The position numbers and the translations under genes were made by a program. Shown piece by piece: positions 1 through 50,600 of a stretch of 64,000 nucleotides of DNA. Each line of letters starts with the position of its first letter. Within the stretch, counting starts at the first letter, position 1. The stretch comes from Chrysomallon squamiferum (Eukaryota > Animalia > Mollusca): NCBI GenBank assembly GCA_012295275.1, contig CM022665.1:29450001-29514000 (forward strand). Reading direction: 5' to 3'. The notes under the pieces are model-generated. The model saw only the letters and a list, made by a program, of their open reading frames with translations. It made no database searches and was not told the origin of the DNA.

Positions 1-149
1 ACAATTATGCAGATGTATTTGTACATACATACACTCCACATAGACACGCACACACACACACACACAAACACAAAATATGTCACAATAACACACCTGGTTT
101 GACTGAATTCATAATGTTGTGAGCACTTACATTTTGAATTCTGTTAAAG

Positions 150-283
150 GTGGCTTATTCAAGGATGATGAGAGTAAGCCTCGCAGTCACTTGGAACGAT
201 TGGCAGAACTGAGAGATTACAAAAGAAGACGACCATCTTACCGAGCAAAGAATGTTCACATCACACAGAAATCTTACACAGAG
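150..283 (+). CDS. SNRNP48: SNRNP48 coding exon
   Basis: Encodes KPRSHLERLAELRDYKRRRPSYRAKNVHITQKSYTE; acceptor uncertain (149 or 163); donor GAG|GTTTTT. Confidence 0.85.
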
Positions 284-3275
284 GTTTTTAACAGAATTTT
301 CTTTGTCTCTTCAGTGGCAAAAACCAGTAGCTTAGGTGGATTTTGTTAACTTCAATGTTATTGTTTTATTTCCTGATGTTAGAGTAAAATAATTATGAGT
401 TTGCAAAGAAACCAGTATTTTGTTCACTGAAACGTAGAAGTGCAGCAGTTTTATAATGATTTATTTGGTCTGTCAGTTTTGTCCAGAAACACAGTAACGT
501 GAATTAGAAGTGTACAAATGTTAATTAAATATTTTTAAATACAGTGACATGTACTTTTTAGATGATATTGAAGTCTATTGCCTTTATATTTAAATAATCA
601 TTCCTTTACTTTTTGATCAGATTGTTTCTTATTATCCTGGAACAATTAGTGAGAGAGTAAAGTTGTGAATATTATTATATGGTATATTTTCAGTTTTAGC
701 AGGTGAACAGCTAGTTTTATATATGTATTTTCATTAAATTCAATAAGTAGAAACAGTGAGCACAGAGGTTAAAAATGTATATATATATATATATTTTTTT
801 TTTTTACAGATTATCCGAGAAGTAATTAAGAATCAGATAGAAGTTTTAGATCCAGCTGTCATATTAAAAAGTTTACAGATGACGATAAAAACAGAACCAG
901 CTGATGAATTAAATAAAGATAGTGAACATAAAAAAAGGTAATGGCATTTTACTTTACTTTCCTGTAAATATAAACTCCTGTAAACCAAACCCTCTGAAAA
1001 CCAGAATTCCCTCATGACCAGCTTATTTCTTGGGCCTGTGATATAGTCATATACACTAAAAATCCCTTGAAAAACTAAAACTTTTCTACTCTGAATACCT
1101 AACAAACTATCCTGTTTATTTAATACAAATTTTTCCACTGGTTTACAGGCTGTTCAGAGTAGCAGTTCTGGATTGTGTTTGAGTATCTGTGAAAACAATG
1201 CTGTATGTGGTCTGATAGCCAAGTTTTCATCATTCAAATCACTTTTTTATGTTCGTAACAGAGATAAACATGTGTACTGTGTTTATTAGGAATGATATTA
1301 GTATCTCTTCCCAATGAATTTCTTGCTATTTTTTGCTACTGAGTTTACATAAATGACTGACAAAGTACCCATGTATTTAATTCACTTTGTTTCTATTCCA
1401 TAATTCATATTTACCAAATATATAATTCTGAGTTTACGGTAGAAAATTTCAAAGTTATGTCAGTACCATTTCATTTCCATATTGAATGTCAACATGCTGG
1501 AACATCCATCAAAAAGGAATCATGTTGAGTTGTCATTGGATGATAAAATTATTAACAAGTATGGAAGTTTAACCAAACCAACATTACAGTTATTAAGTGA
1601 TTCATTTGGCTTTGGGAAATCTGCCTTGTCCAAAAATACACAAGAAAAATGAAATGTATAAATTACACTATGAAAATGGAAGCAAACTGAGGTGTGATAA
1701 CACATTTAATGAACTCATTTGTCAGGCACATGAGAAAAAATTCTCAGCTGTCTAATACTTGAAGGGGAAAGAAGTGAATTTGCAAAGAAATTGTTTATTA
1801 CAGATTTAAAGGACAGGTGGAATGTGAGATATTCTTTATTTACTAGCTGGACAGCATCGTTGAACAATATTATGAAGAGAAAAATTATAATGTTATTCAA
1901 TAATGCAAATTCACATGGCCACGAGTAATGTGAATTTTGTTTTTGCCAGCCTTTACATACTTACATCTCCAGGTGTTTGATCAAGGGATTATTCAGGCTT
2001 TGAAAGTAGATACTCAGAAACATGATTTGATACCTGGTGTCTAGGACTGATGTTGCTAATGATGCAGTTTTGCATACAACTAGATGGCAAGGGCCTGGGT
2101 TGAAGCAAAGACAAATACAATTAGCTAGGTTTTTGACAACTGACTTGGTGACAGATGAAAAAGACAGAGACAATACTGACACAAATCGTTTTGACATGTT
2201 TAATGATTTTCCAACTAAGGACAATTTAGAAATTTGGGAGGATAATTTAGTGATCAACTTCTGTTATGACAAATCCAAAAATAATAATAATAGTGAAGTG
2301 GTACCTGAGATTTCTCTGTAACCAGGAAGCAATATGACCTACATCCAAGTGTTGGAAATAGTCAGCAAGTTGAAAAACTTTCCTATTTATAAAGATAAAA
2401 CATTGTTAAAACATGTTCAGTATATTGAATCTTTAACACAGGCTATCATAGCTGACAAGTGACGTGCACATCAGCAGCATTCAGCAGTCTTTATAAAAGA
2501 GTTTACACATTATTTTGGTTATTGTTGTTCTTTAAATAACACATTTAGACTTAATTCTTTTTTTTCTACATATATGTCTCGTGAAGGCTCTTTCATGAAA
2601 CCTCAGAAAACCAAACACCTCTCTAAATCAAACAACTGATTTGGTCCAAAGAGTGTTTGGTTTAGAGGAGTTTCATTGTATACATTTATGATTTTTATGT
2701 TTTCATTTGCCAGTAACCATCTCCTTCAAACTTGAAAAACATTGTTATTATTATGCTAAAAGATCACATCATTTTTGCTTAATTACATCACGTCACCAAA
2801 ATAAACCATAACTCTGCACCTGATTTTTATGCAGATTGTTCCAGTGTTAGGACCAGTAAAGAATAATGTTATTTTCAATCAGTATTTAGATCTCAGTCTG
2901 TCAAAATTATTGCAGCTAAAAAAATTTTGTTGTATATAGTTTAATAGTTTAGTAATTACATAATATAAAACAATTATCCAATTATATATTTATTTAAATA
3001 ATTTAAATTGACCACATAGACATTTTATTTTATTCAACAGCTTGAAAGCAGAGAATAAAGACAGAGAAGAGGAACGAAGTGTGGAAAGTAAAAGCAGATT
3101 AGAAAAAAAAGATGTTGAAAGATCCATTGAAAGTGATCACAGACATAGAAATAAAAAACACAAACATAAAGAAGAAAAGGAACGATCACACAGGCATAGA
3201 CACAAACACAAAAAAAGACGACATGATTCTAGAGATCAGCATTCTTCAAGGGAAAGAAGTGTATCAAGAGATTAA
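150..3275 (+). CDS. SNRNP48: U11/U12 snRNP 48 kDa protein, 3' part (gene starts before the window)
   Basis: Exons ~150(or 164)-283, 810-937 and 3041-3275 splice in frame. LAELRDYKRRRPSYRAKNVHITQKSYTE|IIREVI matches the conserved SNRNP48 motif (RDYKRRRQSYRAKNVHITKKSYTEVIRDVI). The C-terminus is R/H/K/S-rich. Confidence 0.9.
810..937 (+). CDS. SNRNP48: SNRNP48 coding exon
   Basis: tttttacag|ATT ATC CGA (IIREVIKNQIEVL...); donor AG|GTAATG. Confidence 0.85.
967..2678 (+). mobile_element. Decayed pogo/Tigger-family (Tc1/mariner superfamily) DNA transposon in an SNRNP48 intron
   Basis: Imperfect TIRs aaactcctgtaaaccaaac (972-990) and gtttggtttagaggagttt (2655-2673), flanked by TA. Broken transposase fragments: KRNHVELSLDDKII (CENP-B-like HTH, ~1512), KRKIIMLFNNANSH (~1875) and HLQVFDQGIIQALK (~1965-2005, DDE_1 QPLDQGII motif). 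Confidence 0.8.
3041..3275 (+). CDS. SNRNP48: SNRNP48 last coding exon
   Basis: ttcaacag|C TTG AAA; phase matches the previous exon; basic RS/His-rich tail ending TAA. Confidence 0.8.
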
Positions 3276-3361
3276 ACAGAAAATAAAAATTACATTAGTT
3301 TTGCACCAAGTGGATATAAAGTATGAACAAATTGAATATAATAAAATAATGTATATCTATC

Positions 3362-3367
3362 AATAAA
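3362..3367 (+). terminator. Candidate polyadenylation signal of SNRNP48
   Basis: AATAAA followed by a GT/T-rich tract (ttgtttgggtttttttc); a second AATAAA lies at 3282. Confidence 0.5.
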
Positions 3368-5420
3368 TTGTTTGGGTTTTTTTCTATGTCCTGCAATCAC
3401 TGTGCACAATGCAGTTAAACAGTTTATTTATCAAATCACTGCTGTCAAACTAGTAGATTTACATTGATTTCATTGTTGCTATACCTCAAAAAAAGTTCTT
3501 ACATAACGTGTCATTTTTTAAAATAAAAACTATTTTTAAAATGATGTTGTAAGATCTAAATCAGTAATTTGAACTATATATATGTGTGTGTGTGTGAAGT
3601 TCCATCCAAAAAAGTAGCTTTTTCAGTCAGTGTCCAAGTTACTAAACTGGCATCAAAAGAAATCTTTCAGCAAAAAACAAACACATGGTCATATTCAAAT
3701 AGTTTGTTTATTTCAAGATGTTTTTATATCTGTACAATTCCCAATTTCCACATATGTAAAATATATTGTGGTGCTCACTTTAATTCACTAAAATGGCTAT
3801 GCTCATAAATGGCACAATCTAACAGAAGAGATAGATGAATTGGACAAACAAGATCTGTAACTTTAATTTGGTGGCATTTAAAATTCCACTAACTTGTAAT
3901 AAATGTACACATAATTTTTATAATTTTAAAAATTTTTTTTTTTTTTTTTTTTTTTAAGGAAGACACATAACAAGTTTCTTGTTTTTATTTAAAAGTATGT
4001 GCATTATCAAACTACTGTGATGCTTGGGATTCATATTTATGGACCGAAAAGACACATGTATGCAAATTTGTAATGATGTAAATTTTCATGTTTATAATAA
4101 TTTGGATTAGCTTTAGTTAACATTATTACTCTCTTAAAACAGTTTAATGTTACATTTAAAAACAAAGTAAAAGGGAAATATTTTCTTTTTCTTTAAGAGA
4201 TTTATCTATAGAAATGAGAAAAGTACTCTGGTGTTATAATTGAATAGTTCTAAAAATCTTTCTTGAAAAGCAGTGGATTCAAAACGTCAGAAGAACAGTC
4301 TAACTAGAACTGTAAACAGGTGTTTAACTTGTAAATTTACATACAGTAATTTATATGTCTATGTATTTATGTGAAAAATAGATGTAAAAATGCATACATA
4401 TGCAATGTAGTCCACATTAACGAAGTTAGGGTTTATTTACATATTAACAGTAATTGAAATGTATATATTTCCAGTATTTATATTATACAGTTTATTAAGA
4501 ATTTGTTACCTCCCAAAACAATCTGGAAGCATTTCTAGATAAAAATATTTAATTATTTAAAAATTAATATACAAACTTTAAATATAATAATAAAAATAAT
4601 AAAATAAATGTAGGTTTAAAAATTTGGGTACAGGATAAAGATTTTTTTTTTTTTTTTTTTTTTTCTTCTTTTTATTATATTACTGTATATTATCAGTATC
4701 ACATACAAGATATAAATTAATATTTAAACCTTACTTTCTAATATACTATTTATTACAACAACACTAAGGTAAGCGATGCAAGACATTTCATATATTTCAC
4801 TGATAAGAAATTAAATAAAATACGTAATATAAAAGCAGTTTATGTTTACCTAGATTTTGTAAAGAGAAAAACAAATAAGATAAATATAATAATAATAATA
4901 ATAAAAAAAAATTATATCTGTATTTCACTAAAAATGTTCTTATAACAAGTACATGCATAGTTAGATTTAATCACAACCTGGTCAACAGAGTGTATTTGCA
5001 TATCAAATAACTTTATTTCATATATATATATTTATATTAACATATAAATGGAGAGAGTACAACTAAAGTTAATTCATAAAATGGATTACAAAAATCTAAT
5101 TAAATTTAATGACTGCTTTTTCCATGTTAAAAACAAAACAAAAAAATGATTTTTTTTTTTCTATAGACTTAAATTATTTAGAAGGAAATTAAAAAAAAAA
5201 GTCAAGGCAAGTTTTGATATGTCATAATATTATATTATTTACCAATCCCCAGTGTTAAAATAAAAGGAAAGAGTAGAGCAAAAAAGGGTGTAAAATATCA
5301 CATTTTGAATTCATATGTCAAATGATTAACAACTGATATAACATTATTTCATTTTAATATTAAATTTGTACAGCAAAGAATGTTAAAAAAAAAATTAAAA
5401 ATATTAACATCAAAGGTATT

Positions 5421-5496
5421 ATAAAAACTGACATTTACTGCTGTACACAAGCAAATAACAAATACAGAACTAAAGACCAGCTTTGTATTTTTACAA
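5421..5496. repeat. ~75-bp dispersed direct repeat, copy 1
   Basis: ataaaaactgacatttactgctgtacacaagcaa...ttttacaa recurs near-identically at 7138-7213. Confidence 0.85.
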
Positions 5497-7137
5497 TCTA
5501 ACAATAAAAAATCGTGTGACCTTGTGTTAAACACTTTGTTTGATCTGCCAGTAACCAAAGAAATATATTTCTATACTTTCAATGTAATGTTCTCGTAATT
5601 CTTTGAAACTGCAAAATGTATCTAGATAATTTATATTTATTGACCCTGACAGAAACTGAAATGAACTTCAAACCCACTGGATAAATGAATTCAAAGTATA
5701 CTAAAACAAAACATTAAGCAATCTGGTAAATATTCTAAAATAAAAGCAAACTTGTAATTTGTCTGAGATAAGAACTGGCTCTCTGATTTAAAAGATGTTA
5801 AACAGGAAGTGAAATGTTTACATGTTTCATCCCAGAATGTTGTACAGTTCTAAAATAAAAATGTCATATATTGTTAAATATTTAGTTTTAATATACAGTT
5901 TCAACAACAATAGTTTACATTCCAGTTCTTTAAAATTTATCTTTGAATATCAGACTTTAGTGTAAGTATTTCAATCTGGTTTTACTATGACATGATCATA
6001 ATAAATACAAGAATTTATTAACAATATAAAACAGAAAACAGTTACAAAAAGAAAGGAATGAATATGTGAATAGCCCTGAGCCACAGATTCATTGTATGCT
6101 GTTATTAATAATCTATGATTCAGTTATTTGATAAATATACCTTGTCTTTGCAATAGATATTAGAAAAATAATGACCCCCGCCAACCACACCGAAAAAAAA
6201 GAAAGAAAAAAAAAAAGATAAGTAAATTAAAAAAATTCTCAAAGTGTCAAAAAGGAAGATATCTCCATTTATTCTTGCTGCCTCTTATCAACTTTGATTG
6301 CAAAGTATTAAAGTTGTCATATTACATAGGTGGGATAATAAGTTGTGGCGCTTCTTTATTGAATAAACTGAAAACAGACACCTTTCATCAACCTAAATGG
6401 AAACTGCAATTATCTTTCTTTAATCTCTGAACATCTCTATCATGTACATATATACAAATCATTATTTATCAAATTTAGAATATTGATTTGGAAGAACTAA
6501 ACTTTTCTCTGAAGACTGGCAGCAGGCTTCTCCCTTTTTATCTTCTTTTTTTAAATTTATTTTTATTTTTTGGCAAAACTATTAGAAATAACAACACTGT
6601 TAACATTTAAAATCATTACCACCATGAATATTAAGAATAAATATGAATATATGTAGCAGATGTGGAAGTAAATGTGAAATGGGATCATACAATATACAGG
6701 TTAAAGCATTATAAAAATATGATAGATAATACTCCACTATTCGAGGTATATACTCATTCTATACATAATAATGCTACATACTGTACATAAAGATATGCGA
6801 TATGCATAAATACATTAATAAGGCATTTTTGGTTCAAAAATGCTTTGCTTATTATGTTACTAACAATTTATAAACAAATAACTTTTGTACATTTACAAAA
6901 TAACCAAGCAATCTTCAAATCCTTTTACAAAAATCTTGATGTTACTGTTTACTTTGTGCAGCTTCAAACTGGAAATACTATTATTTAACCTTTATTTGAG
7001 TTGGCATTATTTATATGTAAATTTAGAATTTACAGGAAAAAAAGAAAAAGAAACACCAAACAAAATAAATAAAAAATAATTATAATAAAGAAGATAAACA
7101 CCTAATAATAATAATAATAATAACAACAGCAATAACA

Positions 7138-7213
7138 ATAAAAACTGACATTTACTGCTGTACACAAGCAAGTAACAAATACAGAACTAAAAACCAGCTC
7201 TGCATTTTTACAA
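7138..7213. repeat. ~75-bp dispersed direct repeat, copy 2
   Basis: Near-identical to 5421-5496. Confidence 0.85.
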
Positions 7214-9699
7214 AATACAAAGAAAAGTTTACCACATTCTTGGTAAAATAAAAAATAACAACAAAACTTTACTGTATTCAGTCAGCTGTCATTCCTGAGA
7301 TGAATAAAACTAAAACATTTGAAAAGTTTATCATGACACTGAATGTAACCCAATTGTGTCATGGTTTGATTGTAGTGTCTACAAACATAGCCATGTTTCT
7401 TTTGAATGCACTTTTTTGGTGGAAACAGTAGCAGAGGTTAAGCAGCTTGTTATGTTACAAATCATTTATGCATAAATTTAAGAAAATGCACATAAAAAAA
7501 AAAATAATAATAATACAATTGATAAAAATAACAAGCAAAAAAAAGAAGTGAGAATACTTTACTGTGGTTGACTTCATTTCAAGATGAAACAAGTTTGTTT
7601 AAATTTAAAAAAAAGAGAAAAAAGAAAAAAGATAGAAATTGTTTAGAAATAAATTGAAAATTGCATGGTGAATGTGTGCCATAATCTGCACAAATTGATA
7701 CATTAACATACTACAGATAATAATAACAGCAACAACAGCAACCTGAAGAAAGTTATTCTCAACAAAAAAATAATAACATAATAAAAATACAATAATAAAA
7801 TAAAAAATACAATCTTCTCCATTTACATAATTTAATGCCATTTAATTTCTCACGTACCTCTACACATTAAGATGCTTAACCTCTAAAACATGAGGAAAAT
7901 GTATTGTTACAAATACAATGGCTACATGTAAACAGGCACAAAACAACCTGTATTTAAAGAGCACCTTTCAGAGATAAAAATGTACAGTCTTAAAATACTT
8001 TTTTCTTTCTTCTGAAATTCTGATCTTTGATCATTTACGTTCTGACAATTAGTCATATAACTTTAACAAACCCACAGCAGCTCTATATTTTTATAAACTT
8101 TTTCTTGATTTTGTTTGACAGAATTATATATTGTTAAGTTGCTGACATGCATGTGGTTTATATAGTACTGTTTTGCCAACAGTAAAATGGAGTTCTTTAG
8201 CATGTACATAAATGTTATAGCAATACAGACAATAGCTGATGGAAATAGTATTATTAATACTTTGATCTTTAGATACAGGTTGAACAATACATGTTTTGTT
8301 AAAGTGGTTTTTATTTTGTGTACAGTCAACTTTAATGGGTCCAAACAGCAAATATCAAATGTACAAAAAAGCAGTTATAATACATAATTTACATTTTGAC
8401 TAATTCATATGCTAATACTATTTAATGAATAAAATACAATGAAGCAATATATATCAGGATTCATCTTTGATTATATAGAATTTTTCACATGCAGTTTCAA
8501 AGTATTGTTTTCAAAGCCAAGTCCTTTGCATCTTAATTTCTGGAAATGTGAGCTATCGTTGGTTTTTCAACTAATTTAAAGCTATTCTAAAGCATTTATA
8601 GATTTGTCAGTTTTTTTAAAAATAATAATTTGAATGTATAAAATAAACTGTCAATATTTATTAAACTGTTTACATACCTTGGATCTATCTATCTATCTAT
8701 ATTTCAAAATACGTTTGATTAAAGATAACCAATAAATGGTGTAGAATGCAGTGAATTTATTACTGGTTTAAAAAAAAAAAAAAAATAAAATTAAAATTAA
8801 GAAGTTAGAATTTTTTTTTTTTTTTTTTTTAAATTAATGGTTTAATAACATTTGTAAATATTAGTTGTAGTAAGAAAGCTGTTAAAAATAATTTTTCTCA
8901 GTTCATAGATAAATAAAATATTGTGTATATTAAAACAGTTTTGAAAAAATACACTGACACACAGAAAGGGCAAAAGTATTCAGCAGAAAACTTTAACAAT
9001 ACTTTAATAAGTGCACTTGCATATATTATCAAATTTTGGGGCATGCTTTACTATACACTGCATAGAAACAGTAATATGAAAATAAAATTATTTATTTTGG
9101 AAAATAGATATGAGCAAACAATGAAGATTAGAAACCAGTTATTTTTAATGAAATCAGATGAGGAATAAAAAATTATTTGAGCAGAATTTATTAACTGGCA
9201 ATATTAAATCATACTGATAAATGCTCAGTGTAGTTTGGAATGAATAGCTAATGTCTTTGTATTTAAATGATCTAATTTGACATTAGTATAATATGAATAA
9301 TTATTAGAGTAATAAAAAGCATGTTGTCTGGATAATAGCTGTGCATCAATAAAATAAGTTCACAATAGTAATTTAATTCTTATAGCTATTTGCATACATT
9401 CTATTCATGCTTTTAGAATTTACTGTACTCAGTATTATATGGGTTATATGGTTATTTATATGACACTTCTGGAATGTTAAAATATTTTACACAGGTAACA
9501 CATAAATAAAAATCATGTGACTGTCTTAATCTTTTATAAAAACATAAATGTGTTTTTAATCTATTCATTTCTTATTTCCATTTTTGCAGATCTTCAGTTT
9601 TGTCACTATCTTATTAATTTTACAGACAGCATTCACAAACCAACAATATTTTCTACCACCATGTCAAATTATCACACAGCTTGGTTTCTCTATATAAAC

Positions 9700-9739
<40 letters not shown>

Positions 9740-11472
9740 GCAAGACATGTTTAACTCGCACAGCATTATATAGTTATTTTGGCTGCTGGTTGCATATATG
9801 AAAATAATGCTTTGTTATGGATGTAGGCTATTATACATATGTACAATGGAGATTCGTTTGATTCTTTTGCATAATTATGTACTGGAAATGAAATTAACAC
9901 ATACAGTACATCTTTGTAACATATAAAAGAAACATTACATAATTTATCAATTAAAAATGTTAGAAAGAATAAGTATGAAGTTTGATTTTCAGTGTAGTTT
10001 TCTGCTATGTTTAATAAAGAACAGAACCATCTAAAAAAAAGAAAAGAAAATCATTATTGCACATTACACTATTAGTCAACCACAAAATCAAAAAATACAT
10101 CAAAGGTCTCAGTATGAGACTAATGTTACTGAAAGGAATGCATCAAAGATATCTATCAAGCACAGCAAGACAGGAAAAAGATATTTAAAAAAAAAAAAAT
10201 TAATTAAATTTTGATGTGTTAAAAGTTCACATCAACTCTAATTCTTCTATATCCATAACATATAAATTATTTAAAGAGTAAATATTTCCTGTTTCAATAT
10301 GTATAAATATAACAAAATGATGGTAATGTAAATATTTAGGAAAGTACAAAACATTTGTTCAGTTATTTTAATTGTAATGATACAAAATATACAAATATCC
10401 TATTACTTACAATTAAGTTAAAAGGATAATTATCACAATATATGTCACTTTATTTAAAAAAGTTAACATGGTATGATAGTAAAAACTTACTATACGTAAA
10501 CCTGGGCTGTATTATTCTACTGCTGAAACAGTTCAACTATCAACTGAATTTCAATACATAAACAATAGATTCAATAAACTCAACCTAAGTATGGGAAGTA
10601 AGAAAAAAAAAAGAAAAAAGAAAAACTTCTTTATTACATGATTAATTGTATATCAGCAGTATATGAATATGTACTGATTATAAATATGATTATACTTGAT
10701 ATTTAACTAAACATTATCCTACTGACATCAGTAATATTTGGAATATCCAAAATATAATATTTTTAAAAAGTAATAATTTCTAAACTATCAGATTATAGAA
10801 TAAATGGGTTGTTTTATTACTTTTTAGATATGGATTTTAAAAAGTAATATTTTTCTCAATTCTTTACAAGAATTGGTGCCATTTCCTAATATGCAGCTGT
10901 AAATTATATTAGTTTTCACACCATCACATTATTAATAGTCATTCCATGAAATTAGTTTTCAGTTTTGACCTTTATTAAAATATATATATTTTTTTTAATG
11001 TGATATGTCTAAATGATTTTAAAACATTATTAGTTTATATTTGAAAACCCCATTAAACAAAATAAAACATTAACAAAAACATTTTAATAAAAAAAAAATT
11101 ACTGGAAAGAAACCAAACTGCATAGAATATAATGAATTGATTCAACAGTTAAATTAACATCAGTGGTTTAAATGGTACAGATATTGCCTAACCGAACATT
11201 AGCAAATAAATGTATTTGTAAAATTAGATTAAAATAAGTAAAAGGAGCAAGCTTCTTTTTCATTCTGCATTATTCAAAACATTTCCAAATTTTTTTTTTT
11301 GAACTTGTTATACAAACTACACCTAACAAGATAATAATTTCAATTACTACTTTAAAATATAATGTTTAAAACATCAGTAAAAAAAAAAAAAAAAAAACCT
11401 AGATGAGTTAATTGCTTAGTAATGAAACCTTTAAATGATATGTGCATAAAATTATATTCCTTGTTCTTTTTT

Positions 11473-47683
<36,211 letters not shown>

Positions 47684-50600
47684 CGGTGTCTTCAGGATCC
47701 CAGAAACACGATGCTGGATGTCTGGGTGTGATGTTTCTCTTGTACACCCACCAGTCGTCTCCTGGGATCTTGTGTAAATAACTGATTTCCACTTCTCAGT
47801 GTGAGAGGTTTCATTTTCATAATGGCTCAGTTTACAAGTCTCAAGGAAACTATTCCAAATGAAGATCGCTGACATCAAATGTTAAAAAATGTGTACTGCA
47901 TATCATTTTAAACAATACGTGCTCAGTGCTTGCCATGAGTTACTACAACTATGATGGCATTGTTAGTTTGTGAAACAACATTATAAGGCAATAATTCAGA
48001 AAAAAAAACATTTGTTTTTATTATTTGATCCAGTGTATTTGAAGTACAATTAAACCAGAACTTTATGATTTTAATTAATGATTGTATGTCATGAAACACA
48101 TTTATTTGGATATTTGTTTGTATTTTCAGTATTGTATGTAAACAGATCGATATTGTAATTATAATGTGATTGATACATAATTGCATATATATATAAACAC
48201 ACACATCCACACACATACATTTATATGTATGTAAGTGGATGTGTGCATGTGTGAGTATGATGTATGGATGTGTATGTTGATTCATATGTACACTTTTGGT
48301 TTTGAATATGTAAGTTAAAATATTTTTGCATTATCTTAAGCAGTAGCAGCTGCTCTTGGAGCAGATGTTTTGAATTGCTTTGTTATAATCAAGGCAAATT
48401 TTACTTCAAAATGTATATTTTTATTCATTAATTTTAACTCATTAAAATTACCAGATGGGAAGTTAAACACACAAGTACAGTATTTTACATTCAGAATCTG
48501 TCAATGAAATACCATTTTTAAACCAAAATGGAAAAGTCAAATTTGATATCAGTTTTGCAAGAATATTTTTCTCTATATTAGAAAATAAAATGTTACATTA
48601 ATGGGATGAACTTTAAAAATTTTTTAGTTTTTTTAAATGTGTATCCTCTCTAGAGAATAGTTAGAAATGTTTTATAGAAATATAAATGGTATGTGTCATT
48701 TAGGTGTTCCTACTCTACACTTGAGTTATTTGTATATGCAACATAATCACACAGTGAGAAATCCACATTAATTTACCACTGATTTGTCATTTAACTCTGT
48801 GATACACTTAAATAAAAAATATCATTTTGGGAAGTAATTGATTTCCCAGTCTGTGATAAACAGTGAACTATTTATTTGTGTTGTAAGATGTTGTAACAAT
48901 CTAACTGATGTATACAGGCGTGAAGTATTTTTGTTTTTATACTGGGAATACACTTTAAACTAACTAAACTTTAGAGAAGAAGATTTATCATCATTTGAAG
49001 ACACTATTATGTCTTATTTAAAAAAAAAAAACCCTCTTTGCATTCTCTTTCCAGTTAATATGCCCATACATAGCAGTTATTTATTAATTATTATTTCTGT
49101 TTTCTTGTTTTCTCCCCCTCCCCTTAATTTCCAGAAATTAGGGTTTTTCATCACTAGGAGTGGAATATAATGTTTTATATTTCAGTATTTATTTTTATTT
49201 TCACAGGTAAAATTTGGTTTGTTATGAGTTTTCTTTTTTTTTTTTTTTTTTTTTTGTGGGTTTTGTAATGTTTTTTTTAGAGGGCAGTGTTAAAGTAAAT
49301 GTGTGAAGAAAAATTCAGGTTGTATGTAGCATTATTGGCGGTTAAAATATTTTAGCATGTTATATTTAAATACCTCTATTAATCAGAATATAATACAGTG
49401 ATAAATAAGATTGTTAGTGCTAATCCTTTTGTCACCCACCTACACAAAGTTAATGAAGCTTAAATTAAAATATCTAATTACATTTTACCCATTGTGGTTT
49501 TACTTGGTAGTGTACAATTTTAATTTTTTCTATTTTTCTTTTCTTTTTTTTTACTATTTTGTTTTTAGTTTATGTAATTATGTATGTGTGCATTTTTGTG
49601 TAGTTCCAGTGACCAAGCATTTTTGTAGATAAATGTGATGGGTTATTTTTAAAGCCACAATTCAAGTCTTAATGTAATTTACGTAAGGAGGTTTAAAGTC
49701 ACCAGATATACAAGTGTTATATGATACAGTCTCCTCTGTGTATTAACAATGTGCTCTAGAGTGTGCCGAGATAACATTATTTAGTCTCTCCTCATATAAT
49801 TCCTCTTCTGTTTAACAGTGCATTTTTATATTTGTGATTGGTTAATGTATATCTTCAAGGACAGACTTATGTTAAACAGAAGCCTTAATCAGTTACATTC
49901 ATTACAGTACTGTACATTGTTGTGTATCGGCAACAGTTAGTATTTATCTTTTTTGGTTGTTCTGAAATTTATTTATTATTTTTAAAAGTTAAAAATAGGG
50001 GTTTTTTTTCCTTTTTTTTTTTTCCCATCTGTTACTATAAAAGGTTGCCGTTTATCAAATAATTTTAATAAAATAATTTTTTGTCACAAATGTATACATA
50101 TCACCAAAACAAAATATTTTTCAGTGACCTGCAACAGGTCTATTATAATTACATATGTAATTGCTTTCAAGTATGTTGTATATCAACTATATATTCACCA
50201 GGCTCTGTTTGGTTTAAACTGCTTTACTATCTGTAATATGAAATATTTTCCTGTTCACAGTGAATTGTGTGGAGATTATAAATTTATGTTGTGTTATTCT
50301 GGCAGTTTTTTTTTTATTTTTTTTTTTTTCCTACTGCATGGTCACAGACTTGTCAATAATTTTCTTTTAATAATCATTTATTACTACTAGTTACTCTTGG
50401 GATGGATGCTTTACTGATAATCTGTTCTTAACTTATTCAGATTTTGCCCATTATATTGATTACAAATGTAATAAGTAAAGAAAATTTTCTTTTAATGTTT
50501 ATTATTTCCATTTTTTTATCTTTTAAATTTATTTCTGGTTTCTGGTATATTATTATTATTATTTATTTTATTATTTATTTATTTATTTAAAAAACACTTA

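Noticed and set aside
2037-2321. 94-aa ORF as an extra SNRNP48 exon
   Set aside because: It lies inside the Tigger relic, and the flanking exons already splice in phase without it.
1-3400. USSE (tandem U12 5' splice-site autoregulatory element known from SNRNP48 genes)
   Set aside because: Only isolated TATCCT hits (~633, ~1108) and no tandem RTATCCTT pair; the expected intron lies upstream of this window.
47684-47772. SECIS element
   Set aside because: No AUGA/GA quartet with apical AA in the proper geometry, and the upstream protein ends normally at this UGA.
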